Source of the DNA: Gemmatimonadales bacterium | GTDB lineage: Bacteria > Gemmatimonadota > Gemmatimonadetes > Gemmatimonadales > GWC2-71-9 | DNA: 64,000 bases | NCBI GenBank assembly: GCA_037189525.1 | Contig: JBBCJC010000001.1 | Location: 736,001 to 800,000, forward strand | Reading direction: 5' to 3' | In this document: piece by piece, positions 30,352 through 39,884 of the stretch | Position numbering within the stretch: position 1 is the first letter of the stretch | How the letters are laid out: each line of letters opens with the position of its first letter | Translations under genes and position numbers: made by a program | Notes under the pieces: model-generated | The model's database searches: none | What the model was told of the DNA's origin: nothing | The model's input: the letters and a program-made list of their open reading frames with translations, nothing else

Positions 30352-30981
30352 CTATCGCTCGCCGCCTCTCTCGGGACCTGCGCCGAGCGCGTCGCGCTCG
30401 ATCCAGGCGAGACTCTCCAGCCACTCCTCCAGCTGGTGTCGCCGGGCGGCGAACGTCGTTCGACTCGCCCGCCGGTTGGCTGCGACCATCATGACATAGA
30501 ACACCGTCACAACCCCGATCAGCCCCCCTTTGCCTGCGGCAGACCCGGATCCTCCCACCGTCAACAGCACCACGCTGAGCAAGAGCGGGCTGAAGTACCA
30601 CCAGGCCGTTGTGCGCAGCAGATGCTCCTGCGCCCTGAGGTAGGCGATTTCCTGATGCAGCTTGGGCACGAGCGGCAGGTCGGGCTCAGGCATCATCCGC
30701 CGCGCCAGACGCAGGCGGATCGGGATCAGAACGCTTGCCATGACCAGCGTACTGCCGCCGAGGCGCAGCCACCAATTCTCACCGGTTACGAGTATCATCA
30801 CGGCAAAGGGCAGGAGCAGCAACGCCACCCCGGTCTCCAGCCAATCGCGAATGCGGACCCGGCGCTCGAGGCGGCGTCCCCGCTCGAGAACCGCGGCGAT
30901 TTCCTGATCGACGGTCCGGGCCGCAACCTTGATCGGCTGACGAAGCCAGGCATCTCTGAGCGCGTCGAGTTCCATGGTCAT
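30352..30981 (-). CDS. Membrane protein, probable anti-sigma partner
   Basis: MELDALRDAW N-terminus; four TM helices; overlaps the ECF sigma stop. Confidence 0.65.
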   Translation of the reverse strand: MTMELDALRDAWLRQPIKVAARTVDQEIAAVLERGRRLERRVRIRDWLETGVALLLLPFAVMILVTGENWWLRLGGSTLVMASVLIPIRLRLARRMMPEPDLPLVPKLHQEIAYLRAQEHLLRTTAWWYFSPLLLSVVLLTVGGSGSAAGKGGLIGVVTVFYVMMVAANRRASRTTFAARRHQLEEWLESLAWIERDALGAGPERGGER

Positions 30982-31481
30982 CGCTCCACGTAACGCTGCT
31001 TGAACTGCTGTTTGAGGCGATGAATCCGGACCCCGACCGCACCGACCGACAATCCGGTAACCTCCGCGATATCGTGTTGCTTGAGACCTTCCATGTACAA
31101 ACCCAGCACCGACCGGTCGATCGGATTCAGACTGCCGACGAATTCTTCGAGAATGGCATCTTCGACCGAATCATGCGACACGGCCGGCGCCGGCAGGTCC
31201 GCAGTGACCCCCGCCGGATCATGCGCCTGCCAGCGGCGGTTTTCCCGCCGCCGATAACCGAGCCCGACGTTGAGCGCGACCCGATAAGCCCAGGTACCGA
31301 TCGCCGACTGCCCACGAAAGGACGGCAGCGCGCTCCAGACCTGGTAGAGGATTTCCTGGTACAGATCCTCGTCCTCGCCGTCGCCACCTGCGTAGATCCG
31401 CGCAATCCGGCGAAGCGCCGGCCCGTGGGTGGCCACCACACCCCGAAACTGCTCCTCACGGGCCGGATCGCCGCTCGTCAA
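30978..31481 (-). CDS. ECF RNA polymerase sigma factor
   Basis: EDLYQEI, FRG.S...TWAYRVALN, IAEVTGLS...VRIHRLK. Confidence 0.9.
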   Translation of the reverse strand: MTSGDPAREEQFRGVVATHGPALRRIARIYAGGDGEDEDLYQEILYQVWSALPSFRGQSAIGTWAYRVALNVGLGYRRRENRRWQAHDPAGVTADLPAPAVSHDSVEDAILEEFVGSLNPIDRSVLGLYMEGLKQHDIAEVTGLSVGAVGVRIHRLKQQFKQRYVER

Positions 31482-31499
31482 CGGATCGCGCCGACCGGG

Positions 31500-32633
31500 T
31501 CAGGGACGAAACTGCGTGACGTGATTCTCGAACGGCGTCTCGCCCCGCTTGGTCTGCTCCGCTCCCCGGTTGGTCCAGGGCGACAGGAGATTCTCCATGA
31601 CACCGAGCTTGACGTATTCGTCCAGCACGAAGGGAATTCCCTCCGCGCCAAGCGGCGTCGGCCGGTCGCCGATGTGGAAGTGCAGGTGCGGCGCGGTCGA
31701 ATTGCCGGAGTTGCCCAGCAGGCCGACCAACTGGCCCGGTTTGACCCGGTCGCCCAGCTTGACCGCCACGCTCCCGGGAACGATGTGGGCGTAGAAGGCA
31801 TAGTTGCCGCCGCCCAGATCGATGATCACGTGGTTGCCCGCCACCGTTTCGAGCGTGATCGGCACCGCCATGGTCGGCGAGAGCGGGACGTTCTCGATGA
31901 TGCCGTCCTTGAGCGCCACCACCGTACCCGCCCCCACTGCCACCAGCGAGTCGCCGTAACCGTACCAGTTGGCGTTGACCGTGGAGTCGCCCTGCCAGGC
32001 CCGGCCATCCGGACCAAGCTTGATCCAGTCCGTCGCAAAGCGCTGGGCAATCCGTCCCTCGCCATCGAGCGGAATCACGGTGCGACGGTGCCCCGAGAGG
32101 TTGCCGGGCCCGTTCATCGCGGCCCAGGGCCCGCCCTTGAGCGGCGAGCGAATCTGGATCGGAGCCGTCCGGTCGACCACCACCGCCGGACCGTTCACCA
32201 CCAGACCGGCCGGGCCGTCGACGGAGTCGGCATGCGTGGTGTGAATCCGGTGGTTCAGCGTTTCCGGAACCGCGCCAACCGGCACCGACACCATCAGATA
32301 GAACAGCGCCTGGCGACCCGGACCGATGATCCGCCCATCGCCCCGCTCACCCATCCGGAGCGCAATCGACCGCAGCGCACTCCCATCCCAGGAGGCAAGG
32401 GTTCGGTCGCCGCTGGTGACCTCGAGCCGCTGCACCGCGTAACCGCTGAGTCCGATATTGGTCGCGCGGAGCTCGTACACGAGGTGCGCCTGCCCGTCCG
32501 ATGTCACCGGAATCGGCCGCTTCGGCACCCGAACGTCGAGCGTTACCATCCCGAGCTGCGCCGAGCTGGGCCCCGCCGCGCCCGCAACGAGCGCCACACC
32601 GACCATGATCCGTTTGATCCAGGACCCCGCCAT
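31500..32633 (-). CDS. M23 family metallopeptidase
   Basis: YAH, GNSGNSTAPHLHFH; signal peptide. Confidence 0.85.
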   Translation of the reverse strand: MAGSWIKRIMVGVALVAGAAGPSSAQLGMVTLDVRVPKRPIPVTSDGQAHLVYELRATNIGLSGYAVQRLEVTSGDRTLASWDGSALRSIALRMGERGDGRIIGPGRQALFYLMVSVPVGAVPETLNHRIHTTHADSVDGPAGLVVNGPAVVVDRTAPIQIRSPLKGGPWAAMNGPGNLSGHRRTVIPLDGEGRIAQRFATDWIKLGPDGRAWQGDSTVNANWYGYGDSLVAVGAGTVVALKDGIIENVPLSPTMAVPITLETVAGNHVIIDLGGGNYAFYAHIVPGSVAVKLGDRVKPGQLVGLLGNSGNSTAPHLHFHIGDRPTPLGAEGIPFVLDEYVKLGVMENLLSPWTNRGAEQTKRGETPFENHVTQFRP

Positions 32634-33023
32634 GCCGCCTCCAGATAAGTCGAGTAGTCGTTCCATCCCATTGGTGGCCGCCACCCTGGCAACCTTACGG
32701 GGGAGCATAACCGGTCGGGCGCCGGCGCCAAGGCCGCGTCTGTGCACATCCAGGGAGACCAAGTCGTCCAAGGCGTGACACCGGTACGTCATATCCCCGC
32801 GCTGTTTTCGAGGAGCCCGCTCCGGCAGAATGCCGTTCAGCCGGACCGGCCCGGGACCCGCCCACGCAAAAGGCTGCGCGTCGGCAGGGTATTCCGAGCG
32901 CCAGACCGCCGCGGACGACCGGCTCGCGCAAGGTTCCGCGCGGTCGTGGCGCGGTGTGCGACAACCCGGCCCTGGCCCTCGGCTTGCAGATTCAGCGGGG
33001 CGACACCGTCACCGAAGTCGGAT

Positions 33024-34874
33024 ATGCGATTCTCCTGGTGGTACTCACTCGGCGTGGTAACTCTCGCGGTCGGCTGTTCCTCTCCACAGCCTCCGGCTCC
33101 GCCGCCGCCCCGACCGCTGCCACCGGACGTCGAACGCCCGACCCCGCCGCCGGCTCCCGCCAAAGCCGATCTGATCCTGACCAACGCCGCGGTCCGAACC
33201 CTGGACCCGGCCGCGCCGCTGGCAACGACCATCGCGATCCGGAACGGGACCATCGCGGCCATCGGCGGAGCCGAGATCGCCGGCGCCTGGCAGGGTACCG
33301 CGACGCGCATCGTCGATCTGGCAGGAGCAGCCGTGGCGCCCGCGCTGGCCGATCACCACGTCCATGTCTTCAATGTGGGCTACTCGCTGCTCAACGAGCA
33401 TGATCCCGACCGGATGTTCCTGGATCTGGCGCCGGCCACGGCCTACCGCGATGTCGGAAACGGCGTCAAGCTGCGCAGCTCGCCCGTGCCGCGCGGTCAA
33501 TGGGTCCTCGGCACCGGGTGGAGTGAGATCCAGTGGGGCGCGCGGACGCTGCCGACCCACGACCTGCTGACGCTGTCCGCTCCGAACCATCCCGTCTATC
33601 TGAGCCGAGTCGACGGGCAGACCGGCTGGGCCAATCGCCGGGCGCTCGAAGCAGCCGGGCTCTGGGCTCCGGGGCCTGATCCGGTCGGCGGCCGCGTGGT
33701 CCGCAATCGGGACGGACGTCCCACCGGCATCCTGCTGGGACGCGCCAACGAGCCGCTGGTCGCCCTGCTGCCGCCGCTGGCCGATAGCGACATCGTGCGC
33801 GCCTACCGGCTTGGCGCCGAAGAGCTCGCCGGCCGGGGCATTGCCCGCGCTTACGACGCCGGCGTGCTCGCCGCGCCCGGCATCGTCGCCCTCAATCTGG
33901 ATTTCGGCCGCTACGCCGGACTGCTGGCGCGCGCCGACCTGGCCGAACCGCTGCCGCTCGAGCTGTCGCTGATGATCCCCGCACCGAGTGCCTTTGCCGA
34001 TTCGGTGCTGGGCTGGGACCCCGGCCGGCATCAGCTCTCGCCCCGGGTCCGGATTACTCATCTCAAGCTCTTCGTCGATGGCGCGTTAGGCAGCCGCAGC
34101 GCCGCCCTGACCCATCCATACGCCGACGACCCGTCGACCACCGGGTTGCTGCGGATGACGACGCCGGAAATCGTAGCCCTGGGCGGCCGGGCGCTCGACC
34201 GGAACCTGGGGGTCGCCACCCATGCCATCGGCGACGGCGCCGTGACGCGCGTGCTCGATGCCTACGAGGAGTTGCTGCGCACCCGTCCCGGCCTCGACAG
34301 CCGACGGCTGCGCATCGAGCACTTCTCCTACGCCTCCGAGAACGACATGCAGCGCGCCGTCCGGCTCGGCATCGTGCTGTCGGTCCACTCGAACTTCAAT
34401 GCCCATCCGGGCGACAACAGCGGGTTCGAACTGGCCCGGGTCGGCGCGGCCAATGCCGACCGGGTCTACGCCTGGGACCGCCTGGCCCGGATGGGAGCGC
34501 GACTGGCGGAAGGGTCGGACTACTTTACCCGCCCGACGACCGACGCACTCCATCAGGTCGCGGCAACCATGACGCGCACCCACACCGTCGGCGCCGCCTA
34601 CCCCGACTCGGCCGCGCGCGTGGTGGCCTGGAAGATGAACGCGACCTGGTACCCGGCGGCCGGTCCGGCCATCGAGCCCACCTTGCGCGCCGGCAGTGTT
34701 GCGGACCTGGTCGTGCTGCAGCGCGATCCGTTTACGGTGCCGCGCGATCGCTTCGAGACGACCCGGGTGGTCGCCACGCTGCGCGCCGGCGCCTTCACCT
34801 GGCAGTCCTTCGGCTTCCGCTCCCGCCACGGAGAGGACGCCCGAAGCAAAGAGCGTCACACCCAAGCGTTCTAA
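33024..34874 (+). CDS. Amidohydrolase-3 (YtcJ-like) lipoprotein
   Basis: DHHVH, KLFVDGALGSR, HAIGD, RIEH, GSD; lipobox AVGC and Pro-rich linker. Confidence 0.85.
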   Translation: MRFSWWYSLGVVTLAVGCSSPQPPAPPPPRPLPPDVERPTPPPAPAKADLILTNAAVRTLDPAAPLATTIAIRNGTIAAIGGAEIAGAWQGTATRIVDLAGAAVAPALADHHVHVFNVGYSLLNEHDPDRMFLDLAPATAYRDVGNGVKLRSSPVPRGQWVLGTGWSEIQWGARTLPTHDLLTLSAPNHPVYLSRVDGQTGWANRRALEAAGLWAPGPDPVGGRVVRNRDGRPTGILLGRANEPLVALLPPLADSDIVRAYRLGAEELAGRGIARAYDAGVLAAPGIVALNLDFGRYAGLLARADLAEPLPLELSLMIPAPSAFADSVLGWDPGRHQLSPRVRITHLKLFVDGALGSRSAALTHPYADDPSTTGLLRMTTPEIVALGGRALDRNLGVATHAIGDGAVTRVLDAYEELLRTRPGLDSRRLRIEHFSYASENDMQRAVRLGIVLSVHSNFNAHPGDNSGFELARVGAANADRVYAWDRLARMGARLAEGSDYFTRPTTDALHQVAATMTRTHTVGAAYPDSAARVVAWKMNATWYPAAGPAIEPTLRAGSVADLVVLQRDPFTVPRDRFETTRVVATLRAGAFTWQSFGFRSRHGEDARSKERHTQAF

Positions 34875-34889
34875 CCGCTCTGAACGCAA

Positions 34890-34930
34890 CACGGCCCCAT
34901 GCTCACCGAGCATGGGGCCGTGCGCATTTT
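34890..34930. terminator. Hairpin between convergent genes
   Basis: 15-bp perfect inverted repeat CACGGCCCCATGCTC/GAGCATGGGGCCGTG, then CGCATTTT. Confidence 0.7.
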
Positions 34931-34953
34931 GGGGCGCCCCGCGGGGCGAACGC

Positions 34954-36729
34954 CTAACGACTCGCCAGCGCCCGCACCGATGCCGCCAACGCCTTGACCC
35001 GAACCGGGTCGACCGCGCCGTCCACATCCCGCTCGACCTGCTCCGCCAGCCGAGTCAGCCGCTGCTGCTGGTCGGACCCGCGGGCCTGCTCGGCGCTGCG
35101 AAGCTCCCGGGTGATCCGGTTGAGACGATCGCGCACCAGGCCGCGATTGCGCGCCAGCTGATCCAGGTATGCACGCGTCACCGAGAAATCGGCCGGCCAG
35201 GTCAGCTTGGGCTGCAGCTGCGGGTTGAACTCGTCGAACCGCACCAGCCGGGCCGCCGCAATCTCATTGGCCGTCAGGAACTCGCTCGGCCGCAACTCCA
35301 GCACGTCGAGCCCTCGGGCAATCTCCGAACCATAGATGTACCCGTTGTACCAGTACGCCGACCAGTACCCGCCGAGCGTGATCCGTTCGGCGTCGACCGG
35401 GCCGCGATCGAAGAAGGCGATCTCGAACGGCTTGGCCGGATCGGTAAAGTCGATCACGGAAATACCGCCCTGATACCAGGCCTGCACGAAGATGTCCCGC
35501 CCCGGTACCGGAATCAGCGACCCGTTGTGGGCCACGCAGTTCTCTACTTCGGTCTGCGCAGCCGGCAGCTTGAAGAAACTGGCCGGCGTGAGCTGGCGAT
35601 TCTCGAGGCGGTAGATCGCGTTGGCGCCCCACTCCGGACGGTCCGTCGCGCGGCAGCGCGGCGCCGTACCGCCGCCCCATTCGTCGGTAAAGAGAATCGA
35701 CGTCGCGTCGTTGTTGAATGTGGCCGAATGCCAGTACGCAAAATTCGGATCGCTGACCTCGGCGATCCGGCGCGGATTGGCGGGGTCGCTGATATCGAGG
35801 AGCAGCCCGTTACCTGAGCAGGCGCCCGCCGCGAGCCCGTACTCCGGATACACCGTGATGTCGTGGCACTGATCGGTGACTGCCGTCTGCTGCGTACTGT
35901 CGCCGTGGTTCCCGCCGCGCCAGAGACCCGCGATGTTGCCGGACGCATCGGTAAAGAGCCGCGGCGCGCTGACGACCCGAGCGTTCTGCGGCGTGGCGAG
36001 CGGTACCTGAATGATCTCGATCCGGAAGAGCGAGGTGTTGGGATCCTCTTCCGGCGCCCGTCCCGAGCATCCTTCGAGTTCGCTCCCCGAGCGGACCACG
36101 CTGGTCCCGGAGACATACACATAGATGTTGCCGGGATCTTTCGGACTGGTCACCAGCGTATGGGTGTGCGACCCTCGGCAGGTCTGCACCGCCGCGACCT
36201 GCTTGGGCGCGTCGACATTACTGATGTCGAAGATCCGGACGCCCCGGAACCGCTCGGTGCTCACGGTATCGGCCACGCCCTGGGGGCCGCAATCGAGCCG
36301 GCCGCTGGTTTCCTCGACCGAGATAAACAGCAGATTGCCGTAGATCGACGGATCGCCCTGGCCGCCGGGGCAGGAAAACGCCTTCCGAATTGCCGGCGCC
36401 GCCGGATTCGAGATGTCCCAGACCTGGAAACCGTGGTAGCCGCCCTGGAACACATGATTGCCCCGGAACGCCAGATCGGAATTGGCAAAGGAAAAGTTCC
36501 CGGGCGAGGCGGGATCGAAGAACCCGGCCGGGCGTGGCCGATTGGCGACGAGACGCAGATTGCGGATCGCGCTCTCCGCATCCTGCCAGCCTGCCCGCAA
36601 GCCGACGCGCGGGTCTTCCTGGCGCGTCGTGCGAATCGTCTGCGCTTCGAGGAGGGCCGGAAGCGCCGCCAACATGAGGAACATCGTGCCGCGTGCCACA
36701 TAGCGGCGAATCGACTGTCGAGTGGTCAT
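34954..36729 (-). CDS. LVIVD-repeat beta-propeller protein (paralog of 769-2748)
   Basis: Shares DPRxGL, NSDLAF, CRGSHTHT, QCHDITVYP, YWHSATF, NCVAHNGSLIP and SEIARGLD. Confidence 0.85.
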   Translation of the reverse strand: MTTRQSIRRYVARGTMFLMLAALPALLEAQTIRTTRQEDPRVGLRAGWQDAESAIRNLRLVANRPRPAGFFDPASPGNFSFANSDLAFRGNHVFQGGYHGFQVWDISNPAAPAIRKAFSCPGGQGDPSIYGNLLFISVEETSGRLDCGPQGVADTVSTERFRGVRIFDISNVDAPKQVAAVQTCRGSHTHTLVTSPKDPGNIYVYVSGTSVVRSGSELEGCSGRAPEEDPNTSLFRIEIIQVPLATPQNARVVSAPRLFTDASGNIAGLWRGGNHGDSTQQTAVTDQCHDITVYPEYGLAAGACSGNGLLLDISDPANPRRIAEVSDPNFAYWHSATFNNDATSILFTDEWGGGTAPRCRATDRPEWGANAIYRLENRQLTPASFFKLPAAQTEVENCVAHNGSLIPVPGRDIFVQAWYQGGISVIDFTDPAKPFEIAFFDRGPVDAERITLGGYWSAYWYNGYIYGSEIARGLDVLELRPSEFLTANEIAAARLVRFDEFNPQLQPKLTWPADFSVTRAYLDQLARNRGLVRDRLNRITRELRSAEQARGSDQQQRLTRLAEQVERDVDGAVDPVRVKALAASVRALASR

Positions 36730-37007
36730 GAGAAGTACCCGAGATGGGAAACGATGCCGTCCGTGCCGGCGGCAGGAACCAGATCCGAAAAATAGGCCAG
36801 GCACGGCGCGCCCGGCACCACCTGGGTTCCTGGTCAACGAATGGCCCCGGCAGCGCGTATCGAGAGCACACAGGCACCAATCGGCACCGGACCCCGTCGC
36901 TGACACCTCCGCGGCTCCGGATTCGTAAGGTCTGCTCGACTGAACACAGTTTTGTGTACAATTCCGCCACGTGGACCGGGCGGGCCCAATTCCAGAAGGA
37001 GTCTGCG

Positions 37008-38540
37008 ATGCGTTGGAATACCCGCGTCACCGCGGCCTGGGCAGTCTTGCTGCTCGTGTCGACGGCCGACGCCCAGAAGGCGGCAGCCCCCCGCCTCGAC
37101 AAGAACTTTGACGCCGCCATCGAATCGGTACTTAAGGCCTGGAAGGTTCCGGGCGTCGGGATTGCCGTGGTCAAGGGCAACGAGATCGTGCTGCTCAAGG
37201 GCTACGGATTCAAAGATCTGGAACAGCGGCAGCCCGCTACCGGCAACACCAAATTCGCCATCGGCTCCGTCACCAAGTCGTTCACGGTGACCGCGATGGC
37301 CGCTCAGGCCGGCGAGGGCAAGCTCGACTGGGATGCCCCCGTTCGCCGTTATCTGCCCGAGTTCACCCTGTACGACCCGGTGGCCAGTGAGCGGATGACG
37401 CCGCGCGACCTGGTAACCCACCGGTCCGGTTTGCCGCGCCACGACGCGCTCTGGGGCGTGGTGGGCTTCGGGCGCCAGGAAATGCTCGACCGGCTGCGGT
37501 ATCTCGAGCCGTCGCACGACTTCCGCAGCGTCTGGCAGTATCAGAACCTGATGTACCTGACCGCCGGCATGCTCTCGGCCAAGATCGAGAATCGCGCCTG
37601 GGAAGACGTGGTGCGCGCCAGGGTGTTCCAGCCGGTCGCCATGAACACGGCCGACTTCTCGGTCACCGATATGGCCAAGTCTCCCGACTTCTCCTATGGA
37701 TATGCGCGGCTGCCGAATGATTCGGTGGTGCGGATTCCCTTCAAGAACATCGATGCCATCGGGCCGGCCGGTAACATCAACGCCAGCGCCGCCGACATGG
37801 CGCGCTATCTGATTCTGCACATGAATCAGGGCAAGCTCGACGGCAAGCAGCTGATTCCCGCTGCGCAGATCCGCGGCATGCACATCCCCCAGATGGTGAT
37901 GCCGACCTCGCCGAACCCAGGTGCCGGCGGCGCGGAAGTCGGGTTCCAGCAGTACGGGATGGGCTTCATGGTGGGCACCTACCGGGGCCGCAAGCTGGTC
38001 CAGCACGGCGGCAACATCGACGGCTTCTCGGCGCAGATGTCGTTCCTGCCGGATGATTCCGTCGGCGTGATCGTGCTGACCAACATGAATGGCACCCAGA
38101 CCCGCGACTTCATCCCGTTCATGGTCTACGACCGGATGCTCGGTCTCTCGCAGATCGACTGGAGCGGTCGCTACCTCGACCAGGCCGCACGCGCCCGCGC
38201 CCGGGCCGACTCGGCGCGGGGTCGCCAGGTGGCATCGAAGGTGGCCGGCACCAAGCCGTCACACAGCGTCGCCGACTACGCCGGCACCTACAGCCATCCC
38301 GGCTACGGCGACATCCGGGTCAGCCTCAACGGCGACAAGCTGCAGTTCACCTATGGCATCTATCAAGGCGTCGGACTCAACCACTGGCACTATGACGTGT
38401 TCGAGACCGAGCCCGCCAGCCCGGCAATTCCGCGGCGCATGCGGGTCCAGTTCCACATGGATCCCGACGGGAAGATCGCAAGCCTGACCGTACCGATCGA
38501 GCCGGCCATCAAGCCGGTGAGCTACACCAAGGCGAAGTAA
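37008..38540 (+). CDS. Serine hydrolase with C-terminal DUF3471-like domain
   Basis: SVTK, YQN, HGG; YAGTYSHPGYG C-terminal domain; AAGGAG RBS. Confidence 0.85.
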   Translation: MRWNTRVTAAWAVLLLVSTADAQKAAAPRLDKNFDAAIESVLKAWKVPGVGIAVVKGNEIVLLKGYGFKDLEQRQPATGNTKFAIGSVTKSFTVTAMAAQAGEGKLDWDAPVRRYLPEFTLYDPVASERMTPRDLVTHRSGLPRHDALWGVVGFGRQEMLDRLRYLEPSHDFRSVWQYQNLMYLTAGMLSAKIENRAWEDVVRARVFQPVAMNTADFSVTDMAKSPDFSYGYARLPNDSVVRIPFKNIDAIGPAGNINASAADMARYLILHMNQGKLDGKQLIPAAQIRGMHIPQMVMPTSPNPGAGGAEVGFQQYGMGFMVGTYRGRKLVQHGGNIDGFSAQMSFLPDDSVGVIVLTNMNGTQTRDFIPFMVYDRMLGLSQIDWSGRYLDQAARARARADSARGRQVASKVAGTKPSHSVADYAGTYSHPGYGDIRVSLNGDKLQFTYGIYQGVGLNHWHYDVFETEPASPAIPRRMRVQFHMDPDGKIASLTVPIEPAIKPVSYTKAK

Positions 38541-38552
38541 CCTTTCGATGCG

Positions 38553-38577
38553 CCGGAGGGGCGCCCTGCCCCTCCGG
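38553..38577 (+). terminator. GC hairpin after the serine hydrolase
   Basis: CCGGAGGGGC/GCCCCTCCGG stem; weak U-tract. Confidence 0.45.
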
Positions 38578-38676
38578 TCTCGCCCGCTTCGGCAAACCCT
38601 TCGCCGAGGCGGGCAACCCGGCTAAGATGCGTGGGCTGGGCCCGACCCCGTATTCATCCACGACCCGACGTTATCT

Positions 38677-39843
38677 ATGCCTTCACCGATCGACATCCTC
38701 CTCCCCGCCGACCAGGCCGAGGGAACGACCAACACCGTCGGCAAGTGGTTCAAAGCCGCCGGCGATACCGTCCAGGCGGACGAACCGCTGCTCGAGATCA
38801 CCACCGATAAGGTCACGGTCGAGATCGCGGCGCCGGCCGATGGGGTCCTGATCGAAATCCTCAAAGCCGAGGGTGATACCGTCGAGCCGGGTGAGCCGCT
38901 TGGCCGGATCGGAGCGGCCGGGTCGACCGCTCCTGCAGCGAGCGATGCGCCGGCCGCAGCAACCGGCGCGCCCGAGGCGGCGCCCAGAGCGAAGACGCCA
39001 GCCGCGGATGCCGGGCAGAACACCGAGTTGAGTCCGGCCGTCCGTCGGCTCATCAAAGAGTACGGGCTGGATGCAGCCGCGATTACGGGCACCGGGCGTG
39101 GCGGACGGGTTACGGTCGAAGACGTCGAGCGCGCGCGCAATGCGGGCGGGGCCCAGTCCGGCGGACGCCGGATTCCGCACACCCCGATGCGCAAGAGCAT
39201 CGCGCACCACATGGCGCAGAGCATGGCCACGGCGCCGCACGTCACCTCGGTCTTCGAGGCCGACCTCTCGGCCGTCATTGCGCACCGGAATGCCAACAAG
39301 GCGGACTTCGAATCGCGCGGCGCCAAGCTCACGTTCACGGCCTATTTCGTTCGCGCCACGGTTGCTGCGCTCCAGGCGGTTCCCGAGGTCAACAGCCGCT
39401 GGCACGATGACGCGCTCGAACTCTTCGACGACTGCAATGTCGGCGTCGGCACCGCGCTCGAAACCGGCGGGTTGATCGTCCCGGTCATCATGCAGGCGCA
39501 GACTCTCGATCTGGAACAGACGGCCGAGCGGCTGCAGGATCTGACTGCGCGGGCGCGGGGCGGTACGCTGACGCCGAAGGACGTTCAGGGCGGCACCTTC
39601 ACGATTTCGAATCACGGCGTGAGCGGCAGCCTGGTTGCGGCACCAATCGTCATCAACCAGCCCCAGTCGGCCATCTTGGGCATCGGCAAGCTCGAGAACC
39701 GGGTCGTGGCCGATCCGAACGGCGTGCCGGTGGTGCGGCCGCGGATGTACGTCACGCTGACCATCGACCACCGCGTGCTCGACGGGTTCCAGGCCAATGC
39801 GTTCCTCACCAAGTGGGTGGAGACTATAGAAACCTGGTCGTAG
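38677..39843 (+). CDS. 2-oxoacid dehydrogenase E2 (dihydrolipoamide acyltransferase)
   Basis: Lipoyl TDKV, E3-binding SPAVRRL..GTGRGGRVT, catalytic DHRVLDG. Confidence 0.92.
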   Translation: MPSPIDILLPADQAEGTTNTVGKWFKAAGDTVQADEPLLEITTDKVTVEIAAPADGVLIEILKAEGDTVEPGEPLGRIGAAGSTAPAASDAPAAATGAPEAAPRAKTPAADAGQNTELSPAVRRLIKEYGLDAAAITGTGRGGRVTVEDVERARNAGGAQSGGRRIPHTPMRKSIAHHMAQSMATAPHVTSVFEADLSAVIAHRNANKADFESRGAKLTFTAYFVRATVAALQAVPEVNSRWHDDALELFDDCNVGVGTALETGGLIVPVIMQAQTLDLEQTAERLQDLTARARGGTLTPKDVQGGTFTISNHGVSGSLVAAPIVINQPQSAILGIGKLENRVVADPNGVPVVRPRMYVTLTIDHRVLDGFQANAFLTKWVETIETWS

Positions 39844-39884
39844 CCCCGGACCGCTCACCCGCAACGGTGCAGGTGGAGGTAGCT

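Noticed and set aside
29092..32648. Long plus-strand ORFs 29092-30993 and 31020-32648
   Set aside because: Antisense to the well-supported tricorn, anti-sigma, ECF and M23 genes.
32640..33020. Long intergenic region as a possible ncRNA
   Set aside because: Only short GC stems; explained by divergent promoters, and no riboswitch consensus was recognised.
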